Assembly (NCBI GenBank): GCA_013239625.1
Contig: MU054220.1
Location: 4,833,328-4,897,327, forward strand
Reading direction: 5' to 3'
Source: Lama guanicoe
Taxonomy: Eukaryota
Length of the DNA: 64,000 nucleotides
How positions within the stretch are numbered: position 1 is the first letter of the stretch; every line of letters starts with the position of its first letter. Positions 12,210 to 23,847 of the stretch are shown here, piece by piece. Position numbers and translations under genes: made by a program. The notes beneath the pieces were generated by a model. The model was not told the origin of the DNA and searched no databases. It saw only the letters and a list, made by a program, of their open reading frames with translations.

Positions 12210-12545
12210 GTGAGTGGTTAGTCCATGGGCTGGATGGATTGTACCTGCAGAGTTGTACTGTTTGGGCTGCCATGTATTTTTATTTTTAATTTCAATGAGT
12301 CAACAATAGATTAGGAGAGTTTTGTTAAAAAGTCTAGATTTTTGGCTTCTTTTGTTTAGTTGTTTTTTGCCGAGTTGGAATATCTGGCAACACTGAATCC
12401 ACAGTCTTGCACATTAGAAATGGAGCTGAGCTATAGCTGTTCCCTTAAGACTAAAGCCCATTTTACATGTAGCTATGTCTTCTGCCCTCTTCTAGGGCCT
12501 CATCTTTCATTTATGGGACACACCTGGCACCTGTGTATTTTTAAT
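12210..12545. mobile_element. hAT-Charlie DNA transposon fossil (MER102-like)
   Basis: tctagatttttggcttct...atctggcaacactgaatccac motif. Confidence 0.5.
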
Positions 12546-12790
12546 TTTACAACATCTGGGGCAGAAGGTTTGCATAATGGGTGTGAGGCTAGATCAGGTG
12601 AGATCACTGTTAGAATGACTTGATCCCAGATGAACTCCCTCCTAATTCTGAGAGCCTCTGCTCTGGGTGCAGATTTGACCCCTGGCACAGCACCATTCAT
12701 TAAACGTGCCCTGCACACCCACTCCTCGCTAAGCCCTGTGATTCACACTAGAATACTAAACTGGCCTTCAATGGGTCCTATTTTAAATAT

Positions 12791-13239
12791 TGAAAAGAGA
12801 ACACTTGTTTTCTTTATTCACTATTCACTGAATACTTCTTACATCAAATGTGTAGGGTTTTTTTTCCCCACCAAGCAATTCTTCAACCCATCAGCTGGGT
12901 GTCCTACAATTCAACTCAGTTCTGACAGTAACTGCCTACTGTTAGCACGGACCCCACAGGTTAAGGGCTCAGTCCTACAGGACTCTTTCCCCTCCTTAGA
13001 TGCCAGTCTGCCAAGTCCAGGTTGTCATCAGCTTCTCACCCTCTGGCCATAAATCAGAGGCTCCCATGACTCCCTTCCTGGGGTTTCATAATTGGCTAGA
13101 ACTTCTCACAGAGCTCAGGAAAACAGTTTACTTACTAGATAACTGGTTTATTATAAAAGGATATAACTGAGAACAGCAAGATTGAAGAGGTGTGTAGGGC
13201 CAAGTTTGTAGGGAGGGGTGTGGCGTTTCCAAACTTTCC
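12791..13239 (-). mobile_element. MER21-family LTR, left part (split by ERV insertion)
   Basis: agctgggtgtcctacaattcaactcagttctgaca...ccccacaggttaagggctcagtcc; continues at 18433. Confidence 0.75.
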
Positions 13240-16114
13240 TGTGTGATCAGGGCACCCAAGGTGGCTGTTCCCTTACTCTCTGTATATCCCTGCTCCACCA
13301 GTGCCTGCTCCACCTGCACCTACTCACTCAACTGACCTTCCTACATGCCTGCCGCCGCCCCAGCTAGTGATTGTTCTAAACTGACGTCATTGATTGAGCC
13401 AACCTGACACCAATTCCCCCTATAACTGATAACCTCCCCCTTGCACCCGGAGGAGTGAAGACTGCAGCCCTGTCCTGCCCACTGTGCAGTGCTGCTCCAG
13501 GACCTTGCTTCAGACAGGTAAGCTCCCCCCCATGCATTAAACCATTGATATCTCTGTTACTGACTCCGGGCTCTTTCTCCGATCTTGAAGCTGGGCAAGT
13601 CCAGGGCTTGTAGTCCTGCGGGGAGCAGCCCAACAATTGGCAGAGCCAGCTGGGAGACAGAGGAAACTCCCTGAGCACCAAGACGTAAGGATGGGGAATG
13701 GAAAGTTTCAGGGGCTGTCCACTAACATGCGGGCCCTGAAATTTGTGGGGATGATCCCGAAACTGGTGGGGGAAATCACAGGGTGGCTGTCTACCAGTAT
13801 GTGAGGCCCTGTTGTGACTGTCCTTGAGGAATAGGGGCCACCAAGACACTATGGAGAATGATGACCCCTCATGGCTCTGCTGTTGCATCAAAGTGAGCCT
13901 TTTGTGATTGGTTTGGCTTTTATCTTGGGTGTGTGCTTGAGTGCATCTGTACACGAGTCCAAATCCTGTTCTTTCTCCCTGGTTTTGACCTTCGTTAAAG
14001 GGTCCTGGTGACTTGAATGCTGATTCATGTTCCTCTGAAAGCGAGGTCAGTGACCGTGACTAAATGATATGTATTATTGTCTATTACTGTTATTTGTTTA
14101 AACTGAATTGGCTATTTAGAAACTGGAAAAAAAAATCTCTGAAGATGTCTTCTTTTGACATTCTGAAACTGTTAGAGGAAGTTAGCTTTCTAGAAGGAAC
14201 TGGTATTGTGCCTTTGAGATAGAAATGACCTACCTAGGCTCTCAGATATTTTAGTCGTCTGATCCCTGAGAGTGAAGGAAGGTAAAAAAAAAAAAAAAAA
14301 AGAAAAGAAAAAAGGGCCTTTTAAATCTCTATAGGAATAATCATAGTTTGAGAATGTCTCCAGATGTGGGTAACTTCCAAGTAAACTAAGTTAAATGAAA
14401 AGAATTCATTGACTCTTCGTTGACTCTCAAATAGGATAAAATATTGAAACATGAATTGCTGGGGTGGGGGAGGGTCTAAGTTTACTTGCCTTTCCCTGTT
14501 TTGGAGCGGAAGACTAAAGCATAAGTTTTCCAATCAGGAAATTCTGGTGTGACAAACAGTTCATAATTACTTGTTTCTTGGGTTTTGCTAGAGATTAGGG
14601 TTTTTAAAGATTAAGATTATAATTCTAGTCATTCTAACCAAGTTTCTTTATCAATTACATTGCAATCAGGTGTTAACCGTGCATTTTTAAGTCTTTTGTC
14701 ATTTATAGACAGTTATTGTTGTAGTCTGATGCTTTTGCAAAAATGTTTCATCTTCAAAAAGATTCATAGGAAGGACCTTTTGACAAGTACAGATTTCTAA
14801 TAAATTTCAGATCATACCACTGAACTGGGTAAGAAATGAAAGAATCCTAAGGGAAAATCTGATGGCTTCATAAAATTAACAGATTGGTTACTGAGTGAAT
14901 TGGTGAATATGGTTATAATTTTTACGGTTTTTGTCTGGAATATTATTGGTTTTGATCTGTGTTTTTCAGATACAGGGAAGCCCTTGCCCTCAAGTTAGTT
15001 ATGACTTATAGCAATTTGGTAAACTACACCTGTGGGTAGAATGGTCCCTCTCTGGGACCATTTTACTCTGCCTGGTCCCTCCAGAAATTGGAGACTCTTG
15101 GCTTCTGAGCAGCCTTATCAAGCGGATGGGAAAGGCTGTCTCCTGGCATGTTCAGGAATCTGGATATCTGGGGGACCTCTAGGAGAGAGAAATCCACCAG
15201 GGCGGAGTCTGATGGCAGACCTTTGGCATGGCTTTCCCGGCCTTGAGAGGCCTTTTGGGAATTGGATCTGAGACTCCTTCTGAGGAGTTCCACCAGAGCC
15301 AGTTTGGAAGAGTCCATGTGGCCAATTGACCAGACTTATTTTGCAAACAAATTAGTCTTGATTTGGCTGTGTTTGGTGGAGATGAAGGTAATTTTAGAGA
15401 GAAAAATATTATGTTTCAGTGGAGATTAAATTCTAGTTCTGCTAATGAGGTCTGTATTTATGAAAGTTATGGTGTTAGCCATACTTCTGCCTTGATGTTC
15501 AGGACAGAAAGAAAATTATCTAGTGAAGTTGTCACAGAGTATAATTACTCATGATATATCACTGCTTCAAGTCTGCTGCTAAAAGTGCATGTACGATGTT
15601 TGTGTAACAATTTGGCATAAGTGATAAAATATATAGCCTATAAAATATTGCCCCATTAACATACTTCTGAGCTTATTCACAATATCTGACCAGTTTACCC
15701 CCAATGTGGATAACTAGGCAACTATAAAGGAGGTGTAGCACTGAGGGACATGACCTGGACCCAGGGCAGGCAGCATTCACCCTGGCTTCCAGGGACATAT
15801 ACTTTGGTCTATGGAAAGATTTGCAATCAAAAGGGAAGATGATGGGAAAATCTTCACATGCGGAGGTATGGGGAAGTCATTCTGGATTATACATGGTTTA
15901 ACTTAAACTTTACTGACCAGAGTGGCCTGTTTTGTGGATAAGTGAACATGCATTGTACGTCTGCTTTGGCCATTGTGGAGGGGAATGCATTTGAAAGTCA
16001 AAAATGGAGTAGCTGTGGTTCAGACATCCAGGGTAAAACTAGGTGGCCATTGTAGATGTGATTTTTGGATACATTTCCACACTGAACTTGAATTACTGAA
16101 AACTTGAATTTTCT

Positions 16115-16271
16115 TTTTTGTTGGGGTGGGGGCGGGAGGTGTCCTTAGGTCTATTTATTTACTTATTATTATTTTTCTTTTTTTAATGGAGGTACTGGGG
16201 ATTGAACCCAGGACCTTGTACATGCTAAGTCTGTGCTCTACCACTTGAGCTATACCCTTCCCCCCTCCCCC
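16115..16271 (-). mobile_element. tRNA-derived SINE (camelid-type), full head
   Basis: Minus strand gggtatagctcaagtggtagagc...ggtcctgggttcaatccccagtacctcc with Pol III A and B boxes; TSD aaaacttgaat(t/a)ttct at 16099-16114 and 16272-16287. Confidence 0.88.
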
Positions 16272-16342
16272 AAAACTTGAATATTCTGGACTGTATTGCA
16301 GACCAGGACAAAAACCACAGGCAGGTGAGGTATTATGTCAGA

Positions 16343-17111
16343 ATGCAGGTACTGCTTGTATTTTGTTTAGTGGTCACAGTCACTCCTGTGTCGTGCCTGT
16401 TAGATGTCTCACATTTCCTCCGTAGCCTGAGTGAAGGAAATCTATTCAAGGCCTGGGGAACAACTATGGTCTCACTGCAAAATGAGTCTAATTGCTGGGT
16501 CTAGAGTGAGATGCAATTGTGGTCCTCCTCTGGACTTCCATGAAAAATTGATCTGGCTAATATGACTATGTAGAGGGACGACTGACAGTGGGGTAAAGAC
16601 TCTCACCATCTTCCTGTCCCATATGCCAATATATCAGAAGTTCGCTGCTTGTAAACATTCCTGTGCAACTGACTGCCCTTGAGCACCCCTGGGCTGTGCC
16701 GTGTAGGATGAAATAGGCTGGCTTTTGGACACACGAGTCCAACCGTTGGGATTAACTGTTTTTTCTTTGCAGAGACCTAACAGGTCCACCCCTAACGGCA
16801 CTCAACATTAACATGGGGTGGCTGACCTGCACTGTGACTGCTGACTCCTGGCTCGGCCACCAGAATGTTTCCTATAGAGCCAGGGCCTTCCCCTCTCCAG
16901 GGGGTGACTCTAGGTTTGTTGAAACCAGGGCTGGCCTTACCTTCCTTATAGGACAGGATGCTGCCACCATTGGCTCCCTCACTATTGATCCAGTAAGCTC
17001 CTGTCTCCAAAATTTGCCCAATCCTGGCAAATGACTGTACTTAACATACTAGGTAAATTACTCCTGATAATCTTCAGCTGCTGGTGTCTGTGCTGTATTT
17101 GTGGTGTCTGA
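16343..17111 (+). pseudogene. Disrupted, internally deleted retroviral env
   Basis: Signal-peptide-like MQVLLVFCLVVTV, NESNCWV*SEMQLWSSSGLP* (CWLC-type motif), G*L*VC*NQGWPYLPYRTGCC (SU C-terminal motif), and TM-like ILGKLLLIIFSCWCLCCICGV; many stops and frameshifts. Confidence 0.75.
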
Positions 17112-17374
17112 CGCAGTGGCCCCCTACATACCTGACCCAGGGATATCCCAGAAAAGGGGTGGACCAAGATTACAAGGGTATAGGTGTAGGGTTTGTAGGG
17201 GTGTATAGTGTGTGATCAGGCCACCCAAGATGGCTATTCTCTTGCTCTCTGTACATCTCCTGCCTGACCAGTGCCTGCTTCACCTGCACCTACTCATGTG
17301 ACTGACCTTTCTACATTCTTGCCCCTGCCCCAGCTAGTAATTGTTCTAACCTTTAGATCAGAACATCTCCACCA

Positions 17375-18103
17375 AAAAGGAACCCTCCTACATTGCTGGT
17401 GGGAATGCAAATTGGTGAGCCACTGTGGAGAACAGTATGGAGGTTCCTTAAAAAACTAAAAATGGAGTTACCATATGATCCAGCAATCCCACTCCTGGGC
17501 ATATATCCAGAGAAAACTCTAATTCAAAAAGATCCATGCACCCCAATGTTCATAGAAGCACATTTTACAATAGTCAAGTCATGGAAGCAACCTAAATGTC
17601 CATCGACAAATGACTGGATAAAGAAGATGTGGTATATATACACAATGGAATACTACTCAGCCATAAAAAGGAATGAAATAATGGCATTTGCAGCAACATG
17701 GATGGACCTAGAGATTATCGTACGAAGTGAAGTAAGTCAGACAGAGACAAATATCATATATTACTTACATGTGGAATCTGAAAAAAAAAACACAAACTTT
17801 TAAAGTAGAAAGAGACTTACAGACATAGAAAATAAACTTATGGTTACCAGAGGGGAAAAAGGGAAGTTGAGAGTTTGGGACTGGCAGATACAAACTACTG
17901 TGAAGAGATAGACAAACAACAAGTTCCTATTGTATAGCACAGAGAATTATATTCAATGACTTGTAGTAACCTGTCATGAAAAAAGAATACATATATAGAA
18001 CTGAATCACTATGCTGTACATCAGAAACTAATATAACATTGTAAATCAACTATACTTTAATAAAAAATGGGAAAAATAAGTAATTTTCTATGTTAGAAAA
18101 AAA
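17375..18103 (+). mobile_element. 5'-truncated LINE-1 (ORF2 C-terminus plus 3' UTR) inserted in the ERV 3' LTR
   Basis: [32 protein letters not shown]...WIKKMWYIYTMEYYSAIK; TSD agaacatctc(c/t)a(c/t)ca at 17360-17374 and 18104-18118. Confidence 0.93.
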
Positions 18104-18432
18104 AGAACATCTCTATCATGATAGCTTATCAAAGGGATGGTGAGGAGCGTGCCCCTCTGCTAGTTTCCTTGGTAACTGATGAGCCAACCTGACATCGATT
18201 CTCCCTATAACTGATAACCTCCCCACCCCCACACTGGAAGCAAACACTGCTGCCCTGTCCGGCCCACCGTCTGCCACACACGGTGGGGTGTCACTCTGGG
18301 ACCTTTGCTTCGGATGTGTAAGATCCCCCATGCATTAAACCATTGACGTCTCTGTTGCTGACTCCTGGCTCTTCCTTCAGTCTTGAAGGTGGACAAGTCC
18401 AGGCTTGGAGGCCTGCGGGGTGCAGCCCAGTG

Positions 18433-18812
18433 CTTCCCTAGGCACACAACTCCCCCAGCACCTCCACATGTTCTGTAAGCTGGGAGCTCCTGGAACCCCA
18501 TACTCCTGGCTTTAGAGGGTTTTTTACTTAGGCAGGGTTGATTGAATCACGGGCCCTTGGTGATAATCTCGACCTCCAGCCGCTGTCCCTTCCCTGGAGG
18601 TCAGGACAGGGGCTGAAAGTTTCAACCCTCTGGCAACCACTGCCATCTTGAGGGATTTCCCAAAAGTCACCTCATTAACAAACTCTTGTCACGAATAACA
18701 AAAGATGCTCCTTTCACCTATATTCCTCTTTCAGGAAATTCCAAGGTTTTTAGGAGCTCTGTGTCAGAGGAACAAATATGTGTTTATTTCTGACTATAAA
18801 TCACAATATCAT
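18433..18812 (-). mobile_element. MER21-family LTR, right part
   Basis: cccagcacctccacatgttc...aaaagtcacctcattaaca...aaatcacaatatca. Confidence 0.75.
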
Positions 18813-18819
18813 ATATATT

Positions 18820-19345
18820 TGAATTTTTGTGGTAAAATATACATAACATAAATTTATCATTTTAACCATTTTAAGTGTACAATTTATTGGCATTAAGAAC
18901 ATTTATAATGTTGTACAACCATCACCACTATTCATTTCCAGAACTTTTTCATCCCTAACAAACTCTATACCCATTAAACAATAATGCCCCATTTTCTCCT
19001 CCCCCTCAGCCCGTGGTAACCCCCGCTCTGCTTTGTTTCTAAGAATTTGCCTATTCTAGGAACTTTGTCTAAGAGGATTCATACAAAATTTGTTCTTTTG
19101 TGTCTGATTTATTTAATTTGGCATGTTTTCAAGGTTCATTCATGTTAAAGCAGGTATCAGAATTTCATTCTTTTTTATGGCTTGGATAATACTACCTTGT
19201 ATGTATATACATTTATATACATTTTGTCTATCCATTCATCTGTTCATGGGCCCTTGGGTTATTCTTGGCTATTGTAAATAATACTGTTGTGAACATTGGG
19301 GTACAATGTCTGTTGGAATTTCTGCTTTCAGTTCTTTTGGGATCA
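18820..19345 (-). mobile_element. Old L1 (L1MB-like) 3' end
   Basis: gtggtaaaatatacataacataaatttatcattttaaccattttaagtgtacaa signature. Confidence 0.8.
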
Positions 19346-20329
19346 TATATGTGATCCTATTATATTTTGATTCATATTAAATAATAAACTTCCAGCTTTT
19401 TCTTCTCAGTGCTCCATAAGGCAAGAAAGAGCCTGGTACCTCCATTTTACAGGTGCAGAAAACTGAGCAGGGGATTAACACTGGGAACTCGAACTGGAAA
19501 CTAGATCCTTGGTGTGGAGTCTTTTGCACGAGACTAACATCCCCGAGGACAAGGTCTGTTGTCATGTCTGATGCAGCCCCAGGACAGGTGGCCAGGATGA
19601 AGTCCATATGGTTTGAAAGAGTAAGTCAATTTTTTTTGTGCTTACACTTTAACAGAGCCTCTCGAAAAAGCTACTGGTTGACTGTAACATTCTTCTTCTC
19701 CTTTCTCAAACTTCCTTCTCCATCTATTAGACACCCAAGGGACTTGGACAAACCAGCCGGTCCTGATCTATATCTTGAGTCATAACTTCAGCCTCAGTCA
19801 GGCCTGAAAGAGGCTGTTTTCCAAAGTGCTCTGTCCGCCGTTCCAGGAATATGTCTTTCCCACCATTCCTTGTGGGGCTTCCTTTGAGCTTCACCCCAGA
19901 GTTCACGGCAATTCTTGAGCAATGGGTTCCTGGCTGGTGTGTGAGACTCGCCGGGGGCTGGGGGCTTCTGGCATGCGGTTGGGGGTGGGTTTGAATGCCT
20001 TCTAGTCAAATTTTGTCAGAGAATCTGTAGCCCACTGCATGATCACAGGTCCTCTGATCTCACCGTGCTGTCCTGGGGTTTGGAGAACCTCAACCCAAAT
20101 TCCCTTTTGTCTAAAAATTGAGACAAATGTAATTTTAACGGAGTGATGAAAATGCTGCTCTTGGTAAATAAACTGTACTGTCGACTTGGCATTTGCTTGA
20201 GAAAATGAGGCTCTAAAAGGATTCCCTGCTCTCTCCTCCTTGGAGGAGCCTCGCTTCTGGTTCTGGGAGGAGGTAAGGGGTGTGGCTTAAAGTATCTGGG
20301 GTCCTTTGTCCACTTGCTTTCTGCCCACG

Positions 20330-20790
20330 CAACAACAAAAGCTGCCACTAACGGCACAAGAATGGGATGCAGAGCGCGCGTGCCAGTCTCTCGCTGACGG
20401 GGAGAGTCTGTGTAAGAAAGAAGGCAAGTGATGGTGAGAAGCACACACAAGCATCCATTTCATGCCCCCCAAGCAGTCTGGCTAACGGTTCAGTTTCACC
20501 AGGGAAATTTCTTTGTCTAGTGTAGGAAGGAGGCGCTGAGACAAAGAGTTTGGCGGTGGAGGGGAGGGAGTAGCGACGAACTCCTGCAGGTTTGGCAAAA
20601 ATAGAGAACGAAACCCGTCTATCTATAGCCCGACTGAAGGCAAACAACCCGCCGTCTCTGCTGAAAGTGGGCGGGGCGGAGGGGAGCAGGGGCGGGAGGC
20701 GGCTTCCTGCGGGCAGCAAAGGGTTAACCCCTCCGGGCGCCCAAGGACGTCAGAGCCGGCTCTTGTCTGTGGCTGGGATGAGAGCTTTTA
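20330..20790. promoter_or_regulatory. Small CpG-enriched promoter/enhancer-like element
   Basis: Local CpG retention; GC boxes gggcggggcgg and ggggcggg, CRE-like gacgtca, ETS cttcctg, MEF2-like gcaaaaatag, inverted SOX-like ctttgt/acaaag pair. Confidence 0.6.
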
Positions 20791-22194
20791 TCCCTTGTTA
20801 TTTTTCCTCACGTCTTTGCTTTTTATTGTGTTAGGATTTCAAGATTTGGCTTTTCATTTTTTTAGTGTTGAAAACATTATGAAGGGGAGGAAAAAAATCC
20901 ATCCCAGTGAAAGAATAGGACAGCAGGCTGGAGGATGGGGCCATCCGGAGAGCCATCCGGAGCCATCCGGAGCCCCTGGCTCAGGTGAAGAGCGGGGCAG
21001 CCACCCCTCCGTGGTCCCCCTCCCATCCCTACATTTCCCTGAACCCACCAGACCTCAATCTGGGCAAAGGGGCTTCCTGGTTTAGAGACCCATTCATCCA
21101 CAAGTCTGCTATGAGGCTAGCTGTTATTGACAGGGACCACCAGTCCACGAGGGCTCCTCCAGGACACCATCCTCCCGCCCAGTAGTCTGAGCCTCCGTTG
21201 GACTGGGAGGCAAGGAAATCCCAGAGTCCCTGCAGGGGACTTTCTCCTCTGCTGGCCCAGTGGGGAAGGGCATGGAGAAGGACACAATCTCTCTGAAAAT
21301 GAAAGGAGAGAGTAGGAGCTACCCACTGAGGAAAATGGAGGGGAGGGGGTTCCAGAAACGAGGCATGCATTACTCAAGACAATTTAGAGCTTCTTAGACA
21401 TTCCTAAGATATTTCTAAAAGGAAATACTAAACTCAAGTAGGGAGGCCATATTCAGCCAGTGGCCATAGGGGTCGGACGTTTCTGTAGCCGGCAGGCTTC
21501 ATGTCAGAGTTGTTGGTCTGAGGCAGAAGACACTGAGCATGAAGTTCACGTGAGAAGAAAGTGAAGTGGCCTGAGTGTGGCACCATGAAGCTAGAAATTG
21601 AAACCGAGATGTGGCGACAGAGCCATTGAACCCCAGAATCCCAGAGTTGGAAGGCATGTGTCAGCCTATCGGGGGGACCTGCTCCCCAGAGCAAGAATGG
21701 TGTTAGCCCACATGCCTAAGATGGAAGCATCCAGTAGCCTTGCATACGATCTGCCCCAGGGAGATGACCCAGGAACAGATAGCTACTTCCCAGTGGAACC
21801 TGGTCACTTGGAAGCCCTGGGAAGCTGCAGGAGTTGCAGAGGGTGAGGTGGGGCCTCAGAAGGCAAGACCAAATGACACTTGTCTCTCTCTTCCTCTTGC
21901 TTGTATTCACTCTGACAGAGAAAGCGAGTCTTGGAAAATGCTCAGCTAGTGTCTTCTGAACTAAGACTTAACATTGTAAAAACGGACTTTCTGCAAGAAC
22001 AGAGTACATCTGAAGGGGATCAGGACAATGGGGGTTGGCAGGAGAAAGCTCCCACCTGCTCCAAGTAACTTAAGATTTGAGAGAAAGAGGGAGGGAAAAT
22101 ACCCATCTGCAATGCAAACTGGATATTGTGGAGAATGAGCCTGGCATCAGTGAGAAACAGGAGCGAAGGAATTTTTGGTTAAATAACGGTGTTT

Positions 22195-22665
22195 ATGTGG
22201 TCTCAGACTTGGGCTGGTGTCTTGGCTTTTCTCCTCTCCATCCTCTCTTCAACATTCTGCCCTGAATCCTGGAAGCCTATCTTAACAGATGCGTCAGTGG
22301 GCTCTCAAGCCCTCTGGCTTCTGCTGGGTTCAGCCAATAGGAGTCAAGCAGCGGGAGGAGAGAAAAGCTGGCATGTTCCCTGGTTCCCTCCCAGCTGGGT
22401 CTCCTTGTGCTGGCTGCATCCCTCTTCTGAGGACCTCAGCTCTTGTCAGGAAGTAATCTGCTGCAGCCACTCTCTGCAGGTTCTGGGACCTACCTTTCCC
22501 TTTGCCCCTCCAGGGCTTGAAATGGTAACAGATCCCAACTGTGGCTAGCTCCATTCCTTACTGGTTTCCCCTAACCCTGCCCACACTGTTTAACCAGCCC
22601 CTTTATTAAACTCTCAGGTACCCGACCTGAGATTGCCAGCCACTTCCCGCCGGGACCCTAACCGA
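22195..22665. mobile_element. ERVL-class LTR (LTR33-like)
   Basis: gccctctggcttctgctgggttcagccaatagg...ccctttattaaactctc. Confidence 0.65.
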
Positions 22666-22839
22666 TATGATAATCTAATAAATGACATACAGTTGAAACC
22701 GTAGCATGAGGTTACCAGAAGCTCAATGTGATCGCCAGCACTTGGTTGGATGAGGCTTGTGGCGTGAATTCTATGATGGTAAGGATTCCATTCACCCAGG
22801 TAAGTTAGTCTCATTGTAACAGTTCAAGGAGAAAAACTC

Positions 22840-23345
22840 AGTTCATTCATTTATTTATATACACTTGTAAATGAGTATCTACTGTATGACATACACTACA
22901 GGAGGGGCTAGAGAGTCAATGACGGGCTAAACAGACCAACATCCAGTGCTCACGGTGCTTTCAGTCTAGGGCGGAGAAAGACATTAATCACACAGCCAGA
23001 AATACAAATATACAGGTAGAAACTATGATAGATCCTTGGCAATACATCTACAAGTTTCTCAGAGAGCATGTCATAGGAGGCTAATGAGGGATGGAGCAGC
23101 AGAGAAAGTTCCCTTGAGGAAGTGGCACTAAGCTTAGCCAGGTGAAGGACCAGGGATGGGGGAAAAAAGCATTGCAAGCAGAGGGAAGAGCACAGTCAAA
23201 GATTCTGAGGCTGGATGGGTCTTCCAGGCACTCGGTGCATCTAGCAGAGGCCTCTGCAGCAAGCTGAGATTTGGCTGTATGTGCAACAGGGAGGCCTTAC
23301 AGAGTTTCAGGCAGGAGAGTAGCATGATTTGATGTCGTAAAATCT
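22840..23345 (-). mobile_element. LINE-2 fragment
   Basis: ttcattcatttattt...gagtatctactgtatg...gctttcagtctagggcggag. Confidence 0.7.
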
Positions 23346-23379
23346 GGTGCTGGCACCATGGGGAACGCTGGTGGGGATG

Positions 23380-23720
23380 AAAGGAGAAACAAGTGACGTC
23401 ACTATGGGAGGTCCTAACTGCTGCCTGGCTAACAGTGTTGTATCCAGGAAACAGTCTCCTTGTCCAGGAAAGCCTAACTTGGAGGCAATGAGCTGGGTTC
23501 ATGGGCACCACCACTGGATGCCCTGTTCTGTCATAAACATGGCAGTGGATTAAATTCTTGACCTGATAATGTTGGAGAGGTGGGAAGGCAATGAGGGGAG
23601 CTGCTACCTGGGATCTCATTCTGACCAGCGAGGAAGAACTTGTTGGTGAGGTGGACATGTCTGGAGGAAAAGGGGGCATTCTTGGGCGAAAGGGACATGT
23701 AATCATATGGGATGTGACAG
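23380..23720 (+). mobile_element. CR1/L3 LINE fossil (ORF2 endonuclease end)
   Basis: Translates RGAATWDLILTSEEELVGEV...LGRKGHVI, like CR1 TRG.A.LDL.LTN.EELV..V...LG.SDH. Confidence 0.7.
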
Positions 23721-23847
23721 AGACAGAGGAACAGATAGACATGCTAGAAAAGCAGGGCTTATGGACTCCAGAATGAAAACACAGGTTACTAGCTAATGAC
23801 TAGAGATTCAGAGAAAGAAAGTCGTTTACCAGGCATAGGAAACATGA

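Larger units (their letters stand above)
13240..18432 (+). mobile_element. Degenerate non-autonomous ERV1-like provirus: 5' LTR 13240-13635, PBS 13638-13656, internal region, 3' LTR 17209-18432 (interrupted by L1)
   Basis: Two homologous LTRs both starting tgtgtgatcagg; PBS tggcagagccagctgggag resembles tRNA-Arg PBS TGGCGAGCCAGCCAGGAG; purine-rich tract before 3' LTR; ~5-bp flanking duplication tttcc/cttcc; env remnant. Confidence 0.88.

Noticed and set aside
13376..13954. 192-aa minus-strand ORF
   Set aside because: Antisense to the ERV LTR/leader with no coding signature
16185..16262. tRNA gene
   Set aside because: A and B boxes are present, but it has a SINE body, A-rich tail and TSD, so it is a SINE
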